A stretch of 64,000 bases of DNA from Minisyncoccota bacterium (GTDB lineage Bacteria > Patescibacteriota > Minisyncoccia > UBA6257), in contig JAQVJR010000001.1 of NCBI GenBank assembly GCA_028695015.1, forward strand, positions 100,422-164,421, given 5' to 3'. A program made the position numbers and the translations under genes. Shown here piece by piece: positions 37,487 through 47,261 of this stretch (position 1 is the stretch's first letter; every line of letters starts with the position of its first letter). The notes below the pieces were generated by a model. It saw only the letters and a program-made list of their open reading frames with translations, was not told the origin of the DNA and searched no databases.

Positions 37487-38803
37487 TTACTGCACAGGGA
37501 TATAGTCTGGGTCTATGGGCAAAGTAAAGGTAAAGATAGAGCCTCGGCCTAAAACAGATTTGGCTGAAATTTTCCCACCATGTCGTTCAATGATATTTTT
37601 AGCCAAATACAAACCCAAACCAATACCACTGGTTTGTTCTTTTAATACTTGTTTTGATCTGAAAAACTTAGTGAATAATCTTGACATATCTTCTGGCGCC
37701 ACTCCCTTACCTGTATCTTCAACGGAAATCATGATAAAAGGCTTGTTTTCCATTAAATCAATTTTTATCCTAACCTCTCCATTTTGAACATTATACTTAA
37801 TAGCATTATCTACTAAAATCTCTAATACTAATTTAATCCTTAAAGGATCCATCACAAATGGCTTTAAATTAAATTCTGGCCGATGAAATATTAACTTGAT
37901 GCTACCTTTCTGAGCTGAAGGTTCAAATTTAATAAAAGTTTCTTCAATAATTTTTTCCAAATCAGCAACAATAAATTGGAAACCAAATCTTCCTTCTTCT
38001 ATTTGAGCTGCGTTTAATAAATCTTCTACGGTTTTTAAACTTTCTTGCATTGCTTTTTGACCATCACCAAGCAATTGCTCTTGTTCTGGATTTAAGGGTC
38101 CTAAATCTTTTGTAGCTAATAATTCTAATATCCAAGCCAAACCAGACATTGGCGTTCTTAATTGATGAGCCACTATTGTAATAAAATCTGATTGTATTTT
38201 TCTTAAAACCTCTTCTTTGGTTAAATCATGAACAATACGTAAAAATCCATACAAATGACCTTTGTCATCTATTACTTTGGTGGTCACTATCTCTAAAACC
38301 ATTTCTTTTGGCTGAAAAAACTTTATTTTTATTTTTTCAGGGTAAGAATCAATGGTTCTTTCCATGACCACAGGAGCTAAGCTAGGAAAAATCAATTTGG
38401 CTAAAGTGCCATAATGAATATCATTACTTAATTCTGGAGTCACTATCTTACCAATAAGATCTTTCTTGCTTAAATTAAGAAACTTAACCATAGCTTCATT
38501 AACTAAAACAATCTCAAAGTTCTGGGTATAAGAAATAACTGGATCATCAATACTACTAATAATGGCATTGATTTGATTCCTTTCAACATCCAAGCGATAA
38601 ATCTTATCTACATTTTCTATCAAAACTACTGCCATGATTAAATAAAAAATAAATAAACCAATGCTAATTATTAAATTCAAAGGCCAATCCATCCATAAGA
38701 AATTAAAAACAATCTGCCCAATTAAAATACCCCCAAAAAACCAAAAAATTAAAAGTTGAGAAGAGAAAAAATGTTTTTTTAATTTTGCAAAAAATTTAAA
38801 CAT
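37487..38803 (-). CDS. Sensor histidine kinase (2 TM, PAS, HisKA, HATPase_c) with no adjacent response regulator
   Basis: H-box HQLRTPMSGL; N-box NAIKYN; G-boxes EDTGKGV and GIGLGLYLAK. Confidence 0.8.
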   Translation of the reverse strand: MFKFFAKLKKHFFSSQLLIFWFFGGILIGQIVFNFLWMDWPLNLIISIGLFIFYLIMAVVLIENVDKIYRLDVERNQINAIISSIDDPVISYTQNFEIVLVNEAMVKFLNLSKKDLIGKIVTPELSNDIHYGTLAKLIFPSLAPVVMERTIDSYPEKIKIKFFQPKEMVLEIVTTKVIDDKGHLYGFLRIVHDLTKEEVLRKIQSDFITIVAHQLRTPMSGLAWILELLATKDLGPLNPEQEQLLGDGQKAMQESLKTVEDLLNAAQIEEGRFGFQFIVADLEKIIEETFIKFEPSAQKGSIKLIFHRPEFNLKPFVMDPLRIKLVLEILVDNAIKYNVQNGEVRIKIDLMENKPFIMISVEDTGKGVAPEDMSRLFTKFFRSKQVLKEQTSGIGLGLYLAKNIIERHGGKISAKSVLGRGSIFTFTLPIDPDYIPVQ

Positions 38804-38812
38804 AGAAACAAT

Positions 38813-41449
38813 TTAAATATCTAACTCTTCCATTTTCCCCCAATTCTTGCCTTTTCTGATTTTCACTTCCAAAGGCACAGTTAAAACAACAGCCGTTTCC
38901 ATTATCTTTTTAAAACAAGGAGCTATTTCCTTTATTATCTCAGATTTAATTTCCAGTATCAACTCATCATGAATTTGAACTAATATCTTTGCTTGTTCTT
39001 CTATCTGATGTTGAAAAACATATTCTTGAATTTTAATCATTGACATCTTGATTATATCAGCAGCTAATCCTTGAATTGGCGCATTAAAAGCTATTCTTTC
39101 TTGCTCTTTGGCCCTTTTACCAAAAGTACCCAGAAGAGGCAACAATCTCTTGCGACCAAAAATAGTTTCCACATATCCATTTCTTGTAGCTGTTTCTAAA
39201 GTATTATCCAAGTATTTTTTTAAACTGGAAAATTGGGCAAAATATTTCTGCCTAAAAACCTCTGCTTCTTTTAAAGAAATATTAGCGGTTTGAGCAAAAG
39301 CCCTATTGCCCATTCCATAAATAATACCAAAATTCAAAGCCTTGGCTTGATTTCTCATTTCTGAAGTGATTTCTTCTTCTGGTTTGCCATGAACATAGCT
39401 TGCGGTCGCCAAATGAACATCTTTGTTTTGATTAAAAATTTCCATCATTTTCTTATCTTGAGAAAGATGAGCCGCTAGTCTTAATTCTATCTGCGAATAA
39501 TCAAAAGAAACTAAAGAAAATGATTCTTCTGCTACAAAAGCATTACGAATTTGTTTATCTAAAGATTCATTCTGAGGAATATTCTGTAAATTAGGCTTTT
39601 CTGAAGAAAGACGACCTGTAGCCGTTCCAGTTTGATTCCAAATGGTATGAATTCTTCTTGTCTTTTCATTAATAAACTTAGGCAATGTTTCTAAAAAAGA
39701 ATTTTCTAATTTCTTTAGACCACGATATTTTATTAATAATGGAATAATTGGATGCTCTTTTTCTATCTTAAAAAGCTCATCCATTTTAGTTGATATTTTC
39801 CGCGTACTGGTTTTCTTAAGTTCTTTTGGAGAAATACCTAAATTTTCAAATAAAATTACTGATAATTGTTGTGGCGAATTAATATTAAATTCTTGACCAG
39901 CTAATTGATAAATTTGTTCTTCTAATTTTTTAATTTCTTTTTTATTAGCTTGATCTAAATCTTTTAAAAAATCTAAATCTAATAAAATACCATTCTCTTC
40001 CATTAAAGCTATTATTGGTATTAAAGGCTTTTCAATCTTCATCCAAACATTTTCCAATCCTAAGGCAAGTATTTTCTCTTCAATCGCTTTTATTAAAGGT
40101 AGTAATAAAGCTAAAGAATTTTCAAATGATTCCTCTGTTTCCTGTTTTAAAAAGAATTTTTCTAAAGAAGATATTTTGTAATTTTTCCTATCTGGGTCAA
40201 TTAACCAAGCAAGGATTTTTATATCATCTATCAGAACAGAAGGAAACATTTTTAATTCTTCAAAGATAACCTTAGCTTCAAAACTGACTATTTTCTTTGT
40301 TTGCCAATCAATTTGCTCTTTAAAAAAATCATTAAATAAATTCTCTGGCAAATAATACAATTTATCTAATAAACTAATACCCAAGCCCTTTACTTTTCTT
40401 GCCCCCCATTTTTCTCCTTGATAATCCAAAAGCAATCCTAATGTTTTTTCTGTTTTAATTTTAGCTATCAAATCTTTTAAATCTATTGGGGTATTTACAA
40501 TAAATAATGAATTTTTAATTTGTTTTGAAGCTTTTATCTCTTCATTAACAAACACCCTTGCAAGCAAGCTATGAAATCCTAATTTACCTAATAAATCTTT
40601 TAGGTTTTTCTCATCTGGAATCTCAAATTTAGCTTTTTCTAAATTAAAATCTTCTAAAGGTATTTTTCTTTCAATTAACACTAAATGACGACTAAAATAA
40701 GCTTGGTCTTCAAAATCCTTTAATTGTTTAAAAATTCTTGGCGTTATCTTTAATTCTGGGTTTTTATTAATTAATTCTTCTACAGTTGAGGATTCTTTTA
40801 ATTGTGTATAAAGATTGTCTAGATTATTGAAATTTTTCATTAACATTAAGGCGGTTTTTTCACCAATAGCTGGCACTCCAGGAATATTATCAGAAGGATC
40901 TCCTTTTAAAGCCTTCCAATCAATTAATTGCTCTGGTTTTAATTGAAATCTTTCTTTTATCTTTTCTTTATTGTAAATGATTTTATCTTGAAGACCACGC
41001 CCAAAAGTATAAACAAAAACTTTATCATTAACTAATTGTAAAGTATCTAAATCACCAGTAATAATAAAAGTTTCTAAATCTTCATCTTGAGTTTTTTCTA
41101 CCACACTACCTATTAAATCATCAGCTTCATAACCTTCTGCTTCTAAGATAGGCACGCCAAATTTTCTCAACAAGTCTTTAATTATTAAAATCTGTTCATA
41201 AAAATTATCTGGCATTTTTTCCCTTTTGATTTTGTATTCTTTGTATTCTTGATGCCGAAAAGTCGGTGCGGCCAAATCAAAAGTAGCCACTACATAATCT
41301 GGATTTAGCTCTTTAAGCATTTTCAAAAAAAACAACATAAACCCATAGACTCCATTAACTAAAACACCATCAGGCGAAGTTAAAGGAGGCAAGGCATGAT
41401 AAGAGCGATGCGCTAAGGCATAAGAATCAATAATAGCTAATTTTTGCAT
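38813..41449 (-). CDS. polA: DNA polymerase I
   Basis: 5'-3' exonuclease N-terminus (AIIDSYALAHRSYHAL); polymerase motifs RRIHTIWNQTGTATGRLSS, NIPQ and QIHDELILE. Confidence 0.9.
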   Translation of the reverse strand: MQKLAIIDSYALAHRSYHALPPLTSPDGVLVNGVYGFMLFFLKMLKELNPDYVVATFDLAAPTFRHQEYKEYKIKREKMPDNFYEQILIIKDLLRKFGVPILEAEGYEADDLIGSVVEKTQDEDLETFIITGDLDTLQLVNDKVFVYTFGRGLQDKIIYNKEKIKERFQLKPEQLIDWKALKGDPSDNIPGVPAIGEKTALMLMKNFNNLDNLYTQLKESSTVEELINKNPELKITPRIFKQLKDFEDQAYFSRHLVLIERKIPLEDFNLEKAKFEIPDEKNLKDLLGKLGFHSLLARVFVNEEIKASKQIKNSLFIVNTPIDLKDLIAKIKTEKTLGLLLDYQGEKWGARKVKGLGISLLDKLYYLPENLFNDFFKEQIDWQTKKIVSFEAKVIFEELKMFPSVLIDDIKILAWLIDPDRKNYKISSLEKFFLKQETEESFENSLALLLPLIKAIEEKILALGLENVWMKIEKPLIPIIALMEENGILLDLDFLKDLDQANKKEIKKLEEQIYQLAGQEFNINSPQQLSVILFENLGISPKELKKTSTRKISTKMDELFKIEKEHPIIPLLIKYRGLKKLENSFLETLPKFINEKTRRIHTIWNQTGTATGRLSSEKPNLQNIPQNESLDKQIRNAFVAEESFSLVSFDYSQIELRLAAHLSQDKKMMEIFNQNKDVHLATASYVHGKPEEEITSEMRNQAKALNFGIIYGMGNRAFAQTANISLKEAEVFRQKYFAQFSSLKKYLDNTLETATRNGYVETIFGRKRLLPLLGTFGKRAKEQERIAFNAPIQGLAADIIKMSMIKIQEYVFQHQIEEQAKILVQIHDELILEIKSEIIKEIAPCFKKIMETAVVLTVPLEVKIRKGKNWGKMEELDI

Positions 41450-41460
41450 AATTCCACTAT

Positions 41461-41928
41461 TTAAGGGATATAAAATTCCAATATCCTTGTATTTTGTTCT
41501 AGCATTTTAAACTTTATTTTCCAGTGCTTTAAAGGTAATAATTTTTTAATCTTATTACCCCACTCAATAAATATTATATTCGTCGGCTCAGATATGATTT
41601 CTTGAAAACCCAAGACCTCTATTTCTTTTATTTTTCCCAAACGATAACAATCTAAGTGCCATAATGTTTTAAAAGAATTTTTAATCTTATTAGAAAAAGG
41701 AAAGCTTTTCATTATTAAAAATGTTGGGCTAAAAACTTTTTCTTTTAATTTTAAAGATCTAGCCACCCCTTTTAAAAACTCTGTTTTGCCACTACCTAAA
41801 TCACCTTCTAAGGAAACAACAAAAGCTTGTTTATTGGAAACAGGTTCTCGTTTTAATACAGATTTAATAAAAAAACCAGCAATTTCTTGCGTTTCTTTTG
41901 GGCTTTCACTGATGATTTTAAGCTTCAT
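41461..41928 (-). CDS. tsaE: tRNA t6A biosynthesis protein TsaE (YjeE)
   Basis: LEGDLGSGKTEFLKG; SPTFLIM; HLDCYRL. Confidence 0.8.
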   Translation of the reverse strand: MKLKIISESPKETQEIAGFFIKSVLKREPVSNKQAFVVSLEGDLGSGKTEFLKGVARSLKLKEKVFSPTFLIMKSFPFSNKIKNSFKTLWHLDCYRLGKIKEIEVLGFQEIISEPTNIIFIEWGNKIKKLLPLKHWKIKFKMLEQNTRILEFYIP

Positions 41929-41989
41929 TATCTAATTCTAACATAATAATTGGCTTTTCTAAAGAACCTTGGGATGATATAATAAAACT

Positions 41990-44884
41990 ATGAGTGATTT
42001 AACAAAAAAAAGAGAAGAGAAAATAAAATCCCTTTGGCAAGAATCTAAAGAAAGAGCCGCTCAAGAATTAGCCCTAAAACAAAATCTTGCCTACATTGAT
42101 TTGAGAAAAACTCCCATAGAAACCAGTGCTCTGGGCATTGTTCCTGAACAAGAAGCTAAAGAAGCTAGCTTGGTTGTATTTCAAAGAATAGGCAATAAAA
42201 TTAATCTTGCTGTCTTAGATCCAGCTAATTTTAAAGCTTTAAAAATCATCAGTGATTTAGAAAAACAAGGATATAAGATAAAGACCTTTGTTGCCACTCA
42301 AGAAGGCTTAAATCAAGCTTGGAAAAATTATACTTTTGTCCGTCCGCGTTTAACAGAATTAACTCATTTTATAGAAATCACTCAGGCTGAATCTATAGAA
42401 TTCAATGACCTTCATGAAAAATTATTAACAATACCTGCTGAAGATGTAACTACTTTAGTTTCATTAATTCTTAAATCAGCTGTTATTATTGACGCCTCAG
42501 ATATCCATGTTGAACCTCAAACAGATCAAGCCTTGATTCGTTTTCGAGTTGATGGTGTCTTGTATGATGTTTGCGAAATTGACAAAAAGAAATATCACAC
42601 TCTGAATCAGAGACTAAAATTATTAGCTGGATTAAAATTAAACATTGAAACTATTTCTCAAAACGGACGTTTTACTATTCAAAACAATAAAGATTTTATA
42701 GATGTTCGCGCCTCTAGTCTTCCTGGCCCTCAAGGAGAATATTTGGTTTTCCGTCTTTTAAATCCCCGACGGGGCGCTTTTGGTTTAAGTGATTTAGGAG
42801 TTAGCCTTAATAGTGCTAAGATTTTTAAACAAACAATTTCTGCTCCTAATGGAATGATTTTACTTACTGGACCAACTGGTTCTGGTAAAACAACAACCCT
42901 TTATACTTTTATAAAAGAAAAAGTTTCTCCAGGGATTAAAATCATTACCTTAGAAGATCCAATTGAATACAATATTCCTGGTGTTAATCAAACCCAAGTG
43001 ACTAAAAGATATGATTTTGCCAATGGTTTAAAATCAATTCTCCGTCAAGACCCAGATGTAGTAATGGTAGGAGAAATGAGAGATTCAGAAACAGTCAAAA
43101 CAGCGCTTCAAGCTTCTTTAACTGGTCATCTTGTCTTTTCTACCTTGCATACAAATGAAGCCTGTGGCACTATTGCCCGATTATTAGAGCTTGGTGCTGA
43201 TTCTTCAACTATTACCAATTCCCTAAGATTGGTTATTGCTCAAAGATTAATTAGACGCCTTTGCCCTGATTGCAAAGAACAATACACTCCTTCTCCTGAA
43301 ATTAAAGAACAATTAATTAATGCTTTTAGCATTCTTTCTCCAAAAAGCAAAGTTACTATTCCTAAAGATATTCCTGTTCTTTTTAAACCTAAAGGTTGTG
43401 AGAAATGCCATTGGCTAGGATATAAAGAACAAATAGGTATTTTTGAACATTTTACAATGAGTCCGCGTATTATTCAGAAAATTAAACAAGAAGCAGATCA
43501 AAATGAATTAAGAACTACAGCAATCGATGAAGGCATGGTGCCTCTATTCCATGATGGCTTATTAAAAACAATTGAAGGCATCACTTCTTTAGAAGAAGTA
43601 GTTAGAGTTGCTGGTGATATTTCATACATTCAAGATCTTTATAAAGAACTTTTTTCACAAATTTTAATTCGTGGGGTCACTGTCACTCCTCAAGAATTAA
43701 AAAAAATAGAACAATTACTCCAAGATAATAAACCCATAGCGTCTTTATTAAAAAACCAATCTACAGAAAAGCAAATTGGTTTTATCCTTGCTTCAGCTTT
43801 AAAATCTAGAGCCACTGATGCTCACTTTGAGCCAGAAGAAAAACAAGGATTAGTGAGACAAAGGATTGATGGTGTTCTTCATCCTTTAGCTTCTTTTGGT
43901 ATTACTGATTACCCAAAGATAATTAATGAAATAAAAAACCTCAGTGGATTAAAAACTGAGGAAACTCAAAAAGTCCAAGAAGGCAGATTTCGTTTAATCT
44001 TACCTGACCAATCATTTGATCTTCGTCTTTCTATTATTCCTGGTGGTTATGGAGAAAGCGCCTCAATAAGAATCTTAGGTGGTGAAACTTCAATGCTTGA
44101 ATTAGAAAAATTAGGTTTTCTTCCTTCAACTCAAGAAAAAATTGAAAAAATCTTAGAAAAAAAAGTTGGGCTTATCCTAGCTGCTGGTCCAACTTCTTCT
44201 GGAAAAACAACCACTTTATTCTCTTTGCTTAAAAAATTAGCCAAACCTGATGTTAAAATCATTACGGTAGAAGATCCAATTGAATATCGCTTACCTAATA
44301 TTATCCAAACACAAATTAATGAGGAAAAAGGATATACCTTTGCTAAAGCTCTACGCAGTTTATTGCGTCAAAACCCAAATATTTTCTTAATTGGAGAAAT
44401 CAGAGACAAAGAAACAGCTCAACTTGTTTGGGAAGCTTCATTAACTGGTCATCTTGTTTTCTCAACTATTCATACTAATGATGCCTTAGGTGTTGTTTCC
44501 AGATTAAAAAGCTTGGAAATTCCTTCAGAAGAAATGATTGCTGGGATTAATCTTGTTATTGCCCAAAGATTAATTCGTTGCCTCTGTCCTCATTGTAAAG
44601 AGAAAATAAAAATCCCTAAAGAAATCATTCCTTATGCCAAAAAAGCTTTAAAACAATTTCCTGAATACAAACAACCAGAATACATTTTCCAAGCCAAAGG
44701 ATGTGCTCAATGTAGTTTTACAGGTTATCAAGGACAAATTGGAATTTTTGAAACTTTAATTCCTCCTACCCAAACAAAAGATTTAGCTCAAGTAGATTTT
44801 CCTAAATTAATAGATGATGGAACAATTAAGGTTCTTTTAGGCCAAACTTCTTGGGAAGAAATTAAAAGAGTTTTAGGTATCTAA
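41990..44884 (+). CDS. Tandem-fused type II secretion / type IV pilus assembly ATPase (GspE/PilB family): one N1 domain plus two complete N2+ATPase modules in a 964-aa polypeptide
   Basis: Module 1 has Walker A GPTGSGKTT, Asp box ITLEDPIEY, Walker B DPDVVMVGEMRD, His box GHLVFSTLHTN and tetracysteine CPDC...CEKC. Module 2 has GPTSSGKTT, ITVEDPIEY, NPNIFLIGEIRD, GHLVFSTIHTN and CPHC...CAQC. Each module ends with the GspE C-terminal ...GITSLEEVVRV / ...GQTSWEEIKRV. Confidence 0.85.
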   Translation: MSDLTKKREEKIKSLWQESKERAAQELALKQNLAYIDLRKTPIETSALGIVPEQEAKEASLVVFQRIGNKINLAVLDPANFKALKIISDLEKQGYKIKTFVATQEGLNQAWKNYTFVRPRLTELTHFIEITQAESIEFNDLHEKLLTIPAEDVTTLVSLILKSAVIIDASDIHVEPQTDQALIRFRVDGVLYDVCEIDKKKYHTLNQRLKLLAGLKLNIETISQNGRFTIQNNKDFIDVRASSLPGPQGEYLVFRLLNPRRGAFGLSDLGVSLNSAKIFKQTISAPNGMILLTGPTGSGKTTTLYTFIKEKVSPGIKIITLEDPIEYNIPGVNQTQVTKRYDFANGLKSILRQDPDVVMVGEMRDSETVKTALQASLTGHLVFSTLHTNEACGTIARLLELGADSSTITNSLRLVIAQRLIRRLCPDCKEQYTPSPEIKEQLINAFSILSPKSKVTIPKDIPVLFKPKGCEKCHWLGYKEQIGIFEHFTMSPRIIQKIKQEADQNELRTTAIDEGMVPLFHDGLLKTIEGITSLEEVVRVAGDISYIQDLYKELFSQILIRGVTVTPQELKKIEQLLQDNKPIASLLKNQSTEKQIGFILASALKSRATDAHFEPEEKQGLVRQRIDGVLHPLASFGITDYPKIINEIKNLSGLKTEETQKVQEGRFRLILPDQSFDLRLSIIPGGYGESASIRILGGETSMLELEKLGFLPSTQEKIEKILEKKVGLILAAGPTSSGKTTTLFSLLKKLAKPDVKIITVEDPIEYRLPNIIQTQINEEKGYTFAKALRSLLRQNPNIFLIGEIRDKETAQLVWEASLTGHLVFSTIHTNDALGVVSRLKSLEIPSEEMIAGINLVIAQRLIRCLCPHCKEKIKIPKEIIPYAKKALKQFPEYKQPEYIFQAKGCAQCSFTGYQGQIGIFETLIPPTQTKDLAQVDFPKLIDDGTIKVLLGQTSWEEIKRVLGI

Positions 44885-45063
44885 ATAAAAAAAGGGCTCA
44901 TTAATCTGCAGGCAAATAATCCCAAAGCGGGAGTTCAAGATTACCCCGAGGTATATTCCAGGCATAAGTCCAAAATACCCATCTGCAAATAATCCCCAAA
45001 CAAGCAAATACTTGCGTGCCCACAGATTAATAAGTCCTTTTAATTTTCAAAACCCTACACTTT

Positions 45064-45092
45064 ATTGTAGTATATAATTATCTATTTGTCAA
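45064..45092 (-). promoter_or_regulatory. Near-consensus sigma-70 promoter (TTGACA-N17-TACAAT) on the minus strand of the convergent intergenic region
   Basis: Minus-strand reading aaagacTTGACAaatagataattatatacTACAATaaag. No annotated gene lies downstream of it; see the findings. Confidence 0.35.
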
Positions 45093-45111
45093 GTCTTTTA
45101 ATCCCCAATTA

Positions 45112-47253
45112 CTATTCCTTTTCTCTTACTTGTTTATCAACTTCTAAGCTAATTTTAGTTGCATTAATAATTTCTTCTAAAGGCATTGGCCATCTTCTCT
45201 GGTGTAAACAAACAGCTAGACTTTGAAGTTCTTCTAATAATCCTTTTTGTTGTTTAGAAGTTTTCATTCCAGCTTTTAAGCCATAAGTTCTTAAATGTTT
45301 AAAATCATCTAAGATAAAAACCTGACCTTCTGAATAAACCTCTAAATATTCTTTAGATAATTTTTCATCTCCTTGAGTTGTATAAACCAAATTAGCCACT
45401 GAACCATCTCTAAACTGAATCCCAGCAACAAAATTATCAGTCGTCAGATAAAAACTTTGTTGTGGGTTAATGGCAAAAGATTGTATTTTTTCTGGCTCTG
45501 ATTCAGTAAGATAACAAAACAAGTCAAACATATGACAAGCATTGCCAAGAATCCTACCACCACCTTCTGTAGTGTTAACCCAATGGCTAGGAGCTAAATA
45601 TGAATCATTAACCCGGTAATTGATTATTAAAGGACTTCTACGCTCATTAATGATTTCTTTAATTCTTTGAATAAAAGGAGAAAAACGACGATTAAAACCT
45701 ACCGTTAAACTAATTGGCTGCTCTAAGCTTTGTATTTTCAAGGTTTGTATAATATCATCCAGTTCTTGCTCAGTCAAGCATAAAGGTTTTTCCACAAAAA
45801 CATTCTTGCCAGCTTTTAAAGCGTCAATAACCATTGACGCATGTAAATTATGCCTGGTTGCAATCATGATTAAATCTATCTCTGGTTGGTTTAAAAGTTC
45901 ATGATAATCAGTTGTTGCCATCGTCGCTCCATATCGTTGAGCAAAATGCTTTGCCTTTACCTGATCGGTAACACAAATTCCTCTAATCTGATAAAACTCT
46001 TTGAGTTTTCTTAAATTAGGCAAATGAACTAATTGCATAAAACTACCAACACCAATCAATCCTACTTGTATCTTGCCTTCTGGTACTAAAGGTGAACAAA
46101 CTTGAATTGATTGTTTAGAATCTTTTTCTTTTAAAGCAGTGGCATAGGTTAATAAAACTGCTAAGGGTTTTTTAGAAGAATTTAATAGTTTATAAGCCAA
46201 ATCAGCTTGTTCTAAAGCATATTTTCCTTGAACTAATGAAGAAAAATTAATTTTCTTTTGTTGTAATAATTCTAGATAAGCTTGTAGATTTCTGTTTTCT
46301 GTCCAACGAACATAAGCATAAGGATAATCTTTACCTTGAATTTCATATTGTTCATCATTTCTACCTGGACCATAAGAAGTGGCAATTCTTAAATCAATTT
46401 CTTTTTCATACCAAGGCAATCTTTCTATCTTTAATCCAATATCACCCACTACCACTACCTTGCCTCTTTTTCTAGTTAAAAGCATTGCCTGATTAATAAT
46501 TTCATTATTTGATGAATCAGCTGCAGTAATAATTGTAGCATCAACACCTTGAAAATCAGTTAATGCATGTATTTTATTTAAAAGATTTTTATCTTTAGGA
46601 GAAAAAGCATCATTTAAGCCATTTTCCTTGGCTTTTTTAATTCTTTCTTTAGATAATTCAATGCCAATAGTTTTAATACCATTAGCTAAAAGCATCTGGG
46701 TTGTTAATTGACCTACTAATCCCAAACCAATAACAACAGCACTTTCTCCAATTCTTAAATCTGCTTGTCTAATGCCTTGCAAGGCAATTGCACCTATTGT
46801 AGCTGAACAGGCTTCTTCTGGTTCAACACCTATTGGAACCTTAGCTATTAAATTCCGAGGCACAGCTATAAATTCAGCATGGGAGGCAATATTAGCTCCA
46901 GCGCAAACAACCAAATCACCTTTTTTAATATCATTAATATCTTTACCCACTTTTACTACTTGACCGCAACAACTATAACCAGGGGTAATTCCTGATTCTA
47001 ACATTTCATTAACTATCTTATAGGCGCCAATAAACCCACGTTCTTTAGCTAATCTTAATCCTTTAGCTAATTTTGTTGGATATTTTAAAATTTTTAAAGG
47101 TAAAGGTTGTTTAGCAAAACTCAAACTTGATAATTCTGTACCAGAAGAAATCAAAGAATAAAGATTTTCAACTAAAACCTTATTAGCCCCACAGCTTGGT
47201 GCTGGCACTTCTTCTACTAAAACCTTTCCTTTTTTAAAAACTACTTGCCTCAT
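45112..47253 (-). CDS. Bi-domain oxidoreductase: N-terminal medium-chain (alcohol/sorbitol-type) dehydrogenase fused to a C-terminal Gfo/Idh/MocA NAD(P)-dependent oxidoreductase
   Basis: N-terminal GroES-like/MDR fold (...CGQVVKVG...GLGLVGQLT Rossmann); C-terminal VGLIGVGSFMQLVHLPNL...VFVEKPL, which is characteristic of Gfo/Idh/MocA. Confidence 0.7.
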   Translation of the reverse strand: MRQVVFKKGKVLVEEVPAPSCGANKVLVENLYSLISSGTELSSLSFAKQPLPLKILKYPTKLAKGLRLAKERGFIGAYKIVNEMLESGITPGYSCCGQVVKVGKDINDIKKGDLVVCAGANIASHAEFIAVPRNLIAKVPIGVEPEEACSATIGAIALQGIRQADLRIGESAVVIGLGLVGQLTTQMLLANGIKTIGIELSKERIKKAKENGLNDAFSPKDKNLLNKIHALTDFQGVDATIITAADSSNNEIINQAMLLTRKRGKVVVVGDIGLKIERLPWYEKEIDLRIATSYGPGRNDEQYEIQGKDYPYAYVRWTENRNLQAYLELLQQKKINFSSLVQGKYALEQADLAYKLLNSSKKPLAVLLTYATALKEKDSKQSIQVCSPLVPEGKIQVGLIGVGSFMQLVHLPNLRKLKEFYQIRGICVTDQVKAKHFAQRYGATMATTDYHELLNQPEIDLIMIATRHNLHASMVIDALKAGKNVFVEKPLCLTEQELDDIIQTLKIQSLEQPISLTVGFNRRFSPFIQRIKEIINERRSPLIINYRVNDSYLAPSHWVNTTEGGGRILGNACHMFDLFCYLTESEPEKIQSFAINPQQSFYLTTDNFVAGIQFRDGSVANLVYTTQGDEKLSKEYLEVYSEGQVFILDDFKHLRTYGLKAGMKTSKQQKGLLEELQSLAVCLHQRRWPMPLEEIINATKISLEVDKQVREKE

Positions 47254-47261
47254 AAATTAAA

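Noticed and set aside
44925-44955. tRNA-like T-arm resemblance (GGGAGTTCAAGATTACCCC) in the 44885-45111 spacer
   Set aside because: No acceptor, D or anticodon arms could be built around it. The loop is 14 nt, not 7, and the stem is only 4 bp. It is not a tRNA.
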